Below are positions 17,501 through 24,264 of a stretch of 40,062 bases of DNA, in pieces. The notes under the pieces are model-generated. The model was not told where the DNA came from. It searched no databases and saw only the letters and a program-made list of their open reading frames with translations. The position numbers and the translations under genes are program-made. The stretch's first letter is position 1. The number at the start of each line of letters is the position of its first letter. This DNA comes from an uncultured archaeon. GTDB taxonomy: Archaea; Aenigmatarchaeota; Aenigmatarchaeia; QMZP01; QMZT01. The stretch covers positions 1 to 40,062 of the forward strand of contig CAYFVC010000035.1 of the NCBI GenBank assembly GCA_964346665.1. The letters run 5' to 3'.

Positions 17501-20459
17501 TGAAAAACAGATAGGTGTTCTTGTCTTGAATTCCACGGGAAATGACCCTGCTGAGAACATAACATTCGATATCTACAACTTTTCGAATGATTTCACTTTC
17601 GAATTCGTTCCGCCGAACATTTCTAGTCTGAATGGAGAATATCCGCAGGGTGTTAAGGTCAACGTCAGCGTTAAGTTCGGGAGAAATCCAGGGGTTTACA
17701 AGGGGATTTTGAACGTGACAACGGGGAATGATGGATACAAGGAGATTAACCTGACTATAGAAGTTCCAATATCAAGAACATGGTATCTGAACACAACATA
17801 TTGCGTAAAGGTTGAATACCCAGAGGAGGGAAAGGTGTGCGATGTTTTGGTTAACAACACTGGAAACGTTGTGATAAACTACACAATATCCCCTGTCACC
17901 AATTCAACTAGTATGTACAACTACACTTGGATCAATGAAACGAATTTCATAGTGGTGAATGGGACAACGCATGTTTTCTCTGTTTTCTACAACATAACAG
18001 GTCAGAGCATACAGTTTTACTACGCGAATTACACCATCGATGCTGTTCAGACAGGTTCGGACCCGGATAGCGAAATACTTCAGATAGTTCTCAGCCCTTT
18101 CGTAAAGCCTTTGGTTTCGGTGGGTTTCGCTCCCAACCAAACCGAACAAACTAAAAGCGTTTGGGTATACGCGAATGTTACAGATCAATCCGGGGCGGGG
18201 ATAGATGACGGGAACGTGACTGCGAATGTGACTAGACCTGATGGGACAAGCACGGTTGTAATCATGACCTTTTACGGTGGTGTAAAAACAGGAGGAACTT
18301 CAATATGGCGAGCGCAATATCCGGATGACCCGAATGAGGGGAACTGGGGAAATTCAACGTTAAAGGGTTATTACAATGTGAGTGTTTTCGCGATAGATAA
18401 TCAGGGAAAGAATGACACGGGAATCTCGCAATTCTACATTTACTCGAAACTTTCTCCGTTCTTTATGACAACTATGCCCTACTATTACCAAAAGGTTGGG
18501 CCCGGCACACCCATCATATTTTACAAATCTTTGGACTTCACAGAGGATACCCTGCCGGGAACGAACGTGACTTTCGTAATCAACAATTCAAACGGAACCG
18601 TCTACAACAGCTCCTCTAAATATGGTATACTGACGACCCATGATGATGGTTACATAAGAGATGAGTATGGGGGGATATATCTTGAAACAAGGTCTCTTAA
18701 AAGCTTTCCGACAGGAAACTACACCGCCACCGCCTATTCCACCTTCTTTGAACAAACGGCGTCCGCAATTATAAACGATACTTCAACGTATAATTTCGAA
18801 TTGCTGGAAAGCGCGGGAACACTTGCGAACATCTTTGTCTATCCTGTTTGGTATCCAGCCGAAGGTATAGTGAAATTCAAGATGTGGGTAACCGATAGCA
18901 TAGGGAATTTGCAGGAGCCCGTTTCAATGAACCTTAGCGTGTTTTACCCCATAACCGGCAATCCGTACTTCAACCGAACGATGAGCCAGATGACGAAGAT
19001 TTCGGAAGGCGTGTACATGTACACACATAACCTCCCAGCTAGTCCAACACCCGGGGTTTATGACGTTACTCTCGAAGTCCTAGGTAGGGATGGTACGAGA
19101 ACTTATGCTTTTTCCGGTTTCAGGATTGGTATAGGAGGGCCTTACGATGTTAGAATAACCGAAATCGAAAGTTCCGTTTACCAAAATGATTACCTTGACT
19201 TCACGCTGTTGATCAAAAACATGGGGGATGCCCCAACAGAAAACCTCGTTGAATACTGGGTGACAGGCCCGGATAACAGCACATGGGAGTACGGAAGCTA
19301 CTCCGAGGAGGTTGGAGCGGGTGTTGAAAAAACCGATTTAGTTAGTTTACTAATTTGGAGTTATCATCCTCCGGGAGATTACACTTTGAATGTCAAGCTT
19401 ACATACGACCAGGTCAACAACCTTTACGCTTCTGCAGCCGCTCCCTTCTCCGTACTTACAGGTGCGCCACCGGAAGAGCCAGGACCTGGTGTTGGCCCGG
19501 CAGAGATTCCTGCTATGCCTGTAGCCCCTAAAATAGAGATTATGAAATATCCTACGGAGTTTGGAATGGAAACAGATTCTGTTAAGTACCCGACGGTGGA
19601 GGTCAAAAATACAGGGGGGGTTACGTTGTATAACGTGACCCTTAGGGTAACGGGTATTCCATCCCCATGGATCCAAGAGGTAACGCCTGGGAAAATAGAT
19701 AGGTTGGACAGGGGTCGTAACGCCACATTCACCGTAACGTTGAGAATCCCGCTTGTTGCAGAAGCGAAAGAATATGCAGGTAAATTTGTAGCGGATGCTA
19801 ACGTGACGAGAGATGAGAAAACGTTCGTTTTGACCCTTTTCGCTTCACGTGCGGACCTGATAAGATGGGAGATCGACAGGTTGAAGGAAGCGTTACAAGA
19901 ATTAGAGGTGGACGTTGAGAACGCGAAAAAGGTGGGAAAAGACGTAAGTGAGGTTGAGCCGTACATAGACCGAATAAAGGAACAGATAAGGCTCGCTGAA
20001 GACTACCTCACGAAAAAGATGTACGATGAATCGTTGAGCGCGATACATACTGGGTGGAGTTTTCTCGAAAATGCAAGGTATTATTTGTCGATAGCGCCAT
20101 TTGTTGAAACCCTGATAGAGACCATATTCCCTCCATGGCTGATAGCATTGCTAATCGTCTTGGCTACTGTCATAATTATACTCCTGTTCTTTGTGAAAAG
20201 GATGAAAGGGGTTTTCGACAGGATATTCAGAATACAGGTTCCTGGCGCACCAGCCGCTGTCAAGCCATCCGTGATCATGGAGAAGATGAAGGAGAAGGAA
20301 ACCATGGAAAAGGAAAGGATGAATATAAGAAGGGTTCTCAGTCTTCTGGAAAGGGAATACAAGGAAGGATTGATATCAGAGAAGGCTTACAGCGATCTCA
20401 AGAAGAGGAACGAGGAAAAGCTTTCGAAAATCGAGAAGAGGATATCTGCGATGAAATAA
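14520..20459 (+). CDS. Giant single-pass surface glycoprotein 2 (1,979 aa) with an N-terminal signal/anchor, a C-terminal TM helix and a SHOCT-like cytoplasmic tail
   Basis: GTG start in a GTGA overlap with the upstream stop. N-terminal hydrophobic segment is KLILAFVILGVFMVLNLVSTYSQ. It is followed by YEWWDVRWRYRIGLEINN, which resembles the start of DUF2341-type beta-sandwich domains (from memory; needs an HMM check). Sequon density is extreme, with 17 N-X-S/T in one ~115-aa stretch. A Pro-rich stalk (APPEEPGPGVGPAEIPAMPVAP), a CARDB-like domain and a helical segment precede the TM helix at 20136-20195 (WLIALLIVLATVIIILLFFV-KRMK). The cytoplasmic tail is 87 aa. Confidence 0.85.
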   Translation: MSEIRHGKLILAFVILGVFMVLNLVSTYSQSYDYEWWDVRWRYRIGLEINNTGYERTDWPIEYEMNFTNILEGMNVTGTFDENSTRVIEYNSTGSILHELPSQFDKGEGYDPATNAFGTIVFEMNGTTPADEKRYFYIYFDITENDDKDQPSYSTDLVYNYTGSVSEFNVNNSLFQWWIDTERGENTSGIYHVKDIYAGENEVLLTDPSDNRTAEYSEFSNASDTFGFDFRNNATFKYVGPVRIVVEQKGYEIFWNQPDNKTNEGYMIKRYTFYREIDWIKIEQIFVNNASYNITRNSTVAGAFAVYVNYTFNYGSGYSTMSDTNDPGSYGWAVQDGGQVWIGIVNKYENGTNNFFGLEDTVTGRIGIQLNETNMTLGSSIKHIAHLQFNASGEAGQEDYFKNFVNQSITPLNITELTPEFWSVVVEGKFYMNGTDEANVFNRNESVILLANVTDLYNISKKVNASLDFGVGEVNVTLYDDGNHSDGQANDKVYANTYNITDSDTLGLWNVTFRVYNETWYLVNISWSTFNVTDVYNVTVNITNPTGFTDRVVNTTVYVRNYRKDIWIVNATLNCSFDSTEIPQDNITDNGNGTYDVKFNAPAYAGLFTLNCSATRNNNTGWGTDEFTSETYTTNVSILKIPENLTADNVTSYSNQTFNITIIAENIANGSAYNSNITLNFSTPNITANLTFVSCGNILITKNCTKTFQIIVFNATPAGNYSLNISVRWRNSNGSVPGYNESVMNITVLENPILDLSKNYVFGMIAIGMALKNIDNFTVYSLGNEPLQNVTFDVLGFSGNFTFEFIPENFSSIGVGISENVEIWINSTNDTLPGEYNGTINVTSDNNGFEIINVTIAVSETNMTIETDVDNYTAENVTWYKNETFPIFVNTTNIGNATAYNVSLILNFSSDNITANVTSQNCGNIPKSGVCNSSFLVIIKSGTPSGNYTVNVSVEWEDEKGINTNVTTVNITVLSNILLIVQPDELSDNVTHGTEKQIGVLVLNSTGNDPAENITFDIYNFSNDFTFEFVPPNISSLNGEYPQGVKVNVSVKFGRNPGVYKGILNVTTGNDGYKEINLTIEVPISRTWYLNTTYCVKVEYPEEGKVCDVLVNNTGNVVINYTISPVTNSTSMYNYTWINETNFIVVNGTTHVFSVFYNITGQSIQFYYANYTIDAVQTGSDPDSEILQIVLSPFVKPLVSVGFAPNQTEQTKSVWVYANVTDQSGAGIDDGNVTANVTRPDGTSTVVIMTFYGGVKTGGTSIWRAQYPDDPNEGNWGNSTLKGYYNVSVFAIDNQGKNDTGISQFYIYSKLSPFFMTTMPYYYQKVGPGTPIIFYKSLDFTEDTLPGTNVTFVINNSNGTVYNSSSKYGILTTHDDGYIRDEYGGIYLETRSLKSFPTGNYTATAYSTFFEQTASAIINDTSTYNFELLESAGTLANIFVYPVWYPAEGIVKFKMWVTDSIGNLQEPVSMNLSVFYPITGNPYFNRTMSQMTKISEGVYMYTHNLPASPTPGVYDVTLEVLGRDGTRTYAFSGFRIGIGGPYDVRITEIESSVYQNDYLDFTLLIKNMGDAPTENLVEYWVTGPDNSTWEYGSYSEEVGAGVEKTDLVSLLIWSYHPPGDYTLNVKLTYDQVNNLYASAAAPFSVLTGAPPEEPGPGVGPAEIPAMPVAPKIEIMKYPTEFGMETDSVKYPTVEVKNTGGVTLYNVTLRVTGIPSPWIQEVTPGKIDRLDRGRNATFTVTLRIPLVAEAKEYAGKFVADANVTRDEKTFVLTLFASRADLIRWEIDRLKEALQELEVDVENAKKVGKDVSEVEPYIDRIKEQIRLAEDYLTKKMYDESLSAIHTGWSFLENARYYLSIAPFVETLIETIFPPWLIALLIVLATVIIILLFFVKRMKGVFDRIFRIQVPGAPAAVKPSVIMEKMKEKETMEKERMNIRRVLSLLEREYKEGLISEKAYSDLKKRNEEKLSKIEKRISAMK
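16419..17768 (+). repeat. Tandem duplication of a ~225-aa two-domain (CARDB-like) cassette in giant protein 2
   Basis: Unit 1 spans 16419-17099 and unit 2 spans 17100-17768. Aligned motifs: TN[VM][ST]I...DN.TAENVT...N.TF.I...N[IT].N[GA][ST]AYN...L NFS..NITAN[LV]T...CGNI...C...F..I[VI]...TP[AS]GNY[ST][LV]N[IV]SV.W...N[IV]TVL.N ... NDP/NEP..N[IV]TFD[VI]..FS..FTFEF[IV]P.N[FI]SS...PG[EV]Y.G.[IL]NVT..N.G...IN[VL]TI.V. Confidence 0.8.
20136..20195 (+). other. Transmembrane helix of giant protein 2
   Basis: WLIALLIVLATVIIILLFFV is followed by KRMKG. There are no sequons downstream of it. Confidence 0.75.
20337..20423 (+). other. SHOCT-like motif in the cytoplasmic tail of giant protein 2 (LSLLEREYKEGLISEKAYSDLKKRNEEKL)
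   Basis: Same L..LE..[YF]K.G.IS.E.Y...K pattern as the three copies in the 514-aa protein. Confidence 0.5.
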
Positions 20460-20538
20460 ATAGTATAATACTATTAAAAAATTTCTGATTATTCGAACGG
20501 TTTGATAAATTGTTAAGGTTCCTTGGAAGGGGGAATTC

Positions 20539-20546
20539 TTTTAAAG
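20539..20546 (+). promoter_or_regulatory. TATA-like box (TTTTAAAG) 29-36 nt upstream of the ATG at 20575
   Basis: Lies in the only sizeable intergenic gap (115 nt) of the + block. Confidence 0.3.
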
Positions 20547-20574
20547 TTCTGAAAACTAGTATATTCATATAAGT

Positions 20575-21234
20575 ATGCGGAAAAAATCGAAACTCACGGA
20601 TTACAAGAATTTCTGGCTCATATGGATAAACTGCGCTGGGGAAAAAGAAGGGGTCTCGTTGTTTAAGATTCAGACAGAGTGGGATGTGAAAACGAATTAC
20701 TTGTACCACAACGAAGTGGGTCTGGGGAGACCGTTGTTCAGGTCCATGGTAAGGGAGAATTACATAGCGAAAGAAGGTAAGCGCCTGAAAGCGAAATTTG
20801 AATGGATACCAAAATTCATAAGGGAAAAATACGAAGGGGAGAGGAAGGGTCTATGGTTTCCCGATTCTTTGCTCAGGATTAAATGGGGGGCTGTTCAGAA
20901 ATTCATCGAAAAATATCATCCCGTACTTTTCAGAATGAAAAACCTAAAACTTCTGTACAAGAATGATAAGGAATTAATAGGGAAATCCGGAACGCATGTA
21001 TTCACGGATGTTTTTCTTTACGTGTTGTTTTCTAATCTCAGAACATTCTGCAAGAAATACGAGGCTGATGTTGTTCTGAGAATAATATCCACCCTAATTT
21101 CACTTTCAACCGATAGGGATTTGCTGAATTACATACACAGGCTAGATTCAGAACTAGGGAAAGTTCCCGACTTCCCCGTATTGGTTAGGGACGAGAACGA
21201 ACTGTCGAAAATATTGTGTACGCTGAAATGGTAA
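20575..21234 (+). CDS. Hypothetical protein (219 aa), no family recognised
   Basis: ATG-initiated ORF with its own upstream A/T box and coding-like composition. There is no TM segment and no motif I can name. Confidence 0.6.
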   Translation: MRKKSKLTDYKNFWLIWINCAGEKEGVSLFKIQTEWDVKTNYLYHNEVGLGRPLFRSMVRENYIAKEGKRLKAKFEWIPKFIREKYEGERKGLWFPDSLLRIKWGAVQKFIEKYHPVLFRMKNLKLLYKNDKELIGKSGTHVFTDVFLYVLFSNLRTFCKKYEADVVLRIISTLISLSTDRDLLNYIHRLDSELGKVPDFPVLVRDENELSKILCTLKW

Positions 21235-21236
21235 AG

Positions 21237-21244
21237 ATATAAAA
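21237..21244 (+). promoter_or_regulatory. TATA-like box (ATATAAAA) 24-31 nt upstream of the ATG at 21268
   Basis: Part of GATATAAAATATAAAAAC in a 33-nt spacer. Confidence 0.3.
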
Positions 21245-21267
21245 TATAAAAACAAGATAATGGTAAG

Positions 21268-22038
21268 ATGACGAGGGTAATAGGCATAATTTCGGGAAAA
21301 GGTGGAGTGGGGAAGACGACGTTAGTTGCAAACTTAGGATCTGTTCTTGCCCAGAAATTCAAAAAGGAAGTTATCATAATAGATTGCAACGTCTCTACAT
21401 CGCACCTTGGCCTTTACCTCGGGATGTACTACACACCTGTGACCCTAAACCAAGTTTTGACGGGCGAAGCCGAAATAGAGGACGCGATATACGAATACCA
21501 CATAAGCGGTTTACGCGTGATACCTGCCTCCCTATCTTTCAGCGATTTAAAAGGGGTGGACATAGCGAGGTTGAAGAATTCTTTGAAGAAACTCTTCGGA
21601 AAGGCTGATATCGTATTACTTGATGCCGCCCCCGGACTCGGGAGGGAGGCGCTAGCGACTGTTAGGGCCTCTGATGAGGTCATCTTTGTAAACACACCTT
21701 TCGTTCCCTCCACAATGGATATTATGAAATGCCACCAAGTCGCGAATGAGATAGGGGTGAAGCCCTTGGGGGTCGTACTCAACATGGTGGGGAAAGAGAA
21801 ATATGAACTGAACCCTAAAGAAGTTGAAGAGCTGATAGAACTACCCGTGATCTCGAACATACCCATGGACAAAAACGTTCTTCGCAGCCTCGCTTTGAAG
21901 ATACCTGTCGTTCTATTCTCTCCTAATTCCCCTTCAAGCAAAGAATTCACTAAGCTTGCAGCAAAGATAATCGGGGAAGAATACGAACCTGAGGGGTTCT
22001 TTGCAAATTTATTGAAATTCTTCAGCAGGAAGAAGTAA
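21268..22038 (+). CDS. minD: ParA/MinD-family P-loop ATPase (archaeal MinD-like) with a C-terminal amphipathic helix
   Basis: Deviant Walker A is IISGKGGVGKTTLVANLG, with the signature Lys. Also present are IIIDCN, DIVLLDAAPGLG and GVVLNMV. The C-terminal GFFANLLKFFSRKK (21994-22035) resembles a MinD membrane-targeting helix. Confidence 0.85.
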   Translation: MTRVIGIISGKGGVGKTTLVANLGSVLAQKFKKEVIIIDCNVSTSHLGLYLGMYYTPVTLNQVLTGEAEIEDAIYEYHISGLRVIPASLSFSDLKGVDIARLKNSLKKLFGKADIVLLDAAPGLGREALATVRASDEVIFVNTPFVPSTMDIMKCHQVANEIGVKPLGVVLNMVGKEKYELNPKEVEELIELPVISNIPMDKNVLRSLALKIPVVLFSPNSPSSKEFTKLAAKIIGEEYEPEGFFANLLKFFSRKK

Positions 22039-22046
22039 TTTATTTA
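22036..22046 (+). promoter_or_regulatory. TATA-like box (TAATTTATTTA) 26-36 nt upstream of the ATG at 22072
   Basis: A/T box overlapping the upstream stop codon. This is a weak call. Confidence 0.2.
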
Positions 22047-22071
22047 GAGTATCACCGATAAAATTATATTT

Positions 22072-22335
22072 ATGGTCTATGAAATAGTTATTATTTTCCT
22101 CCTTGCAATAATTTGTTTTTTATTATACAAATTATATAGAATTAAATATGAAGAGGGGGGCGGAAGCGAGTTGATACCCAAAGGGTGGAAAAAAGATTTG
22201 ATGGAACTCGATAGCGAAAAGGGGAAAGAATTCGAAATGCGTTTCGAGGATATAAACTCTCGTATTTCGGAGATTGAGAAAAGAATCGAAAGGTATGAAA
22301 GAATTGTTAAAAAACTTGTCGAGGAATTGAGCTAA
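22072..22335 (+). CDS. Small membrane-anchored coiled-coil protein (87 aa)
   Basis: N-terminal TM helix is VYEIVIIFLLAIICFLLYKLY. The cytoplasmic helical tail is FEDINSRISEIEKRIERYERIVKKLVEEL. The next gene starts 9 nt downstream. Confidence 0.65.
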   Translation: MVYEIVIIFLLAIICFLLYKLYRIKYEEGGGSELIPKGWKKDLMELDSEKGKEFEMRFEDINSRISEIEKRIERYERIVKKLVEELS

Positions 22336-22344
22336 TGGGGTAAG

Positions 22345-24264
22345 ATGGTAAGAAAGAAATCTGCTAAGCCAAAGGGCGAATTTGAAAAAATGGGTGATCT
22401 GGAGAAGGGAATGAGTAAAAAAAAGGAGAGCACAGAGGATATAATAAAGGAGATAGAAACCTTTGATGCCACCAAAACAGATAGGCCCGTAGGGGAAGAA
22501 ACGCCTCCGAAAACCGAAGTTAAAAAGAAAGCAGGTGGGGAAGAGGCTGAAGGCCTCAAGAAAGAACTGGAAAGGGAAAGGGAGAAGACCAAAAGCCTGG
22601 CGAAGATAATAGAGAAGGTTTCAAGTGCTGCGGACAAGCCTGTGGAGAAACCTGATGAGAAGCCCGCTGTACCTGACGTTGAACCGAGATTGAAAGAGAT
22701 CGAAAGCAAAATGGACGAGAAAATTCAGTCGCAAATGAAGGGTATTAAGGATGCTGTGGCTGCGATGGGGGCGAAGATGGAAGAAGCTGCGAAATCCGGG
22801 AAAAGCGAAAGGACAAGCACCAAGGTAAAGGATATGATAGACAATGTTCAAGCTGATACGACAAAGAAAATAACAGAGATTGAGGAAACCATGAGAAAGA
22901 TGGTCGAAAAGGCCGAGGAGCCTAGAAAAGAAGAGGGTGATGTTTCGAAAGGTCTTGCCGCATTGGGCGGTGGTGTTGGTCTTAAGAAAGAAATACTTGA
23001 GATGAGAAGTTCTCTGAAGGATTTGGAGAAAAGCATCAATGAACTTCGTGACGAAACAGACACGAGGATAACAAGGATAAAGGAGCAGACAAGAGTTCTC
23101 GAGAAAATCCCCGTAATTGAGGAGAAACTTGAGGGTCTCATAGAAAAAATGAGCCCAGGGAACATAGAGAAACTGAAGAAGTTCGTTTTCTCCGCGGATG
23201 AGATAACGAGTGAGTTAATACCGAATGAGATAGAAAAACGAATGACGAAAGATCTCACCCCCGTATTCAACGACATGAAGAATGTGAGGGACGATATTGA
23301 GAAACTGAGCGAGGGTATAAAAACTATATTCAACGATATAAACTTTTTCAAGGGAGAAATCAAAACTCTCTACAAACTCGGGGACTACATAACGGAACTC
23401 CAGAAAGAAAAGGAAAAGATACACAAAAAGATGAATGAAAAGGAAGGAAATCTCATAGGAATGATCAACAAGCTTGAAGGGCTGATAAAGAAAAAGACAG
23501 ACCTTATGAGTGAAAAGGTAGGGGAATTCGAGAAGACAATCGAAGGTAAGGTTAAGGAACGTTTCAATGACCTGACTGAATCCAAGTTCACCGAACTTGA
23601 GGACAGAACGGAGAAAAACCTAGCGATATCCAGGGTGAAAGTAAATGATATGGTTTCAAAGTTCGTTCAGTTCCAGAACGTTGTGAATCCCACGCTTTCG
23701 CTCGTTAAGGAAGAGTTCGAAAAACTTAACACGAAACTTGAGAAATTGAAGAGTGATCAAGCGGATCTTGAGGATGAGATGGAAGAAACTGTAAATGGGA
23801 TGTTCACTGACCTTGCTGAACCAAGGATGAAGGAGATCAGGGAAGAGACCACCAAATTATCAAGCAAGGTGAATGAAAGGCTTGAAGATTTCGAATCCGA
23901 ATTTGTCCAGTTCCAGAATGTAATAAATCCTACCCTTAACCTCCTGAAGAACGATATTTCGAAGATTGACAACAAAATCGAAAATTTGAAAACGAGGCAT
24001 GATGATTTGAAGGGGAACGTGAAAGAATTCGAAAGTTTCAGGGAAGCGATAGTTTCCTTAAACGAGGGAGTGAGGTCATTAGAAAACAATCAGAAGGATT
24101 TGGAAAATAAAATTTTGATTCTGGGAAGCAAACTTGGCGAGACCAGGGAGGAATTCAACAACATTGTCAAGCAGAGCCTTATCGACAGAAAGAAACTGGA
24201 CGAGGAATCAAAGAAGCAAAGGGAAAGGATAAATATACTTCTCAAAGAGTTGAAGGGTTCATGA
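22345..24264 (+). CDS. E/K-rich coiled-coil protein (639 aa)
   Basis: ATG is preceded by GGGGT (SD-like). No TM segment and no P-loop. It contains an 80-aa internal repeat marked by FVQFQNV[VI]NPTL at 23662 and 23902. The stop overlaps the next start (ATGA). Confidence 0.8.
   Translation: MVRKKSAKPKGEFEKMGDLEKGMSKKKESTEDIIKEIETFDATKTDRPVGEETPPKTEVKKKAGGEEAEGLKKELEREREKTKSLAKIIEKVSSAADKPVEKPDEKPAVPDVEPRLKEIESKMDEKIQSQMKGIKDAVAAMGAKMEEAAKSGKSERTSTKVKDMIDNVQADTTKKITEIEETMRKMVEKAEEPRKEEGDVSKGLAALGGGVGLKKEILEMRSSLKDLEKSINELRDETDTRITRIKEQTRVLEKIPVIEEKLEGLIEKMSPGNIEKLKKFVFSADEITSELIPNEIEKRMTKDLTPVFNDMKNVRDDIEKLSEGIKTIFNDINFFKGEIKTLYKLGDYITELQKEKEKIHKKMNEKEGNLIGMINKLEGLIKKKTDLMSEKVGEFEKTIEGKVKERFNDLTESKFTELEDRTEKNLAISRVKVNDMVSKFVQFQNVVNPTLSLVKEEFEKLNTKLEKLKSDQADLEDEMEETVNGMFTDLAEPRMKEIREETTKLSSKVNERLEDFESEFVQFQNVINPTLNLLKNDISKIDNKIENLKTRHDDLKGNVKEFESFREAIVSLNEGVRSLENNQKDLENKILILGSKLGETREEFNNIVKQSLIDRKKLDEESKKQRERINILLKELKGS

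Noticed and set aside
20460-20474. Palindrome ATAGTAT-A-ATACTAT immediately after the stop codon of giant gene 2
   Set aside because: It is almost entirely A/T, with a 1-nt spacer and no following T-run. It is too weak to call a terminator or operator and could arise by chance in an AT-rich spacer.
20135-20488. 117-aa + strand ORF overlapping the 3' end of giant gene 2 in another frame
   Set aside because: It overlaps the TM helix and SHOCT tail coding region, which shows conserved motifs in the other frame. It has no independent start signal.
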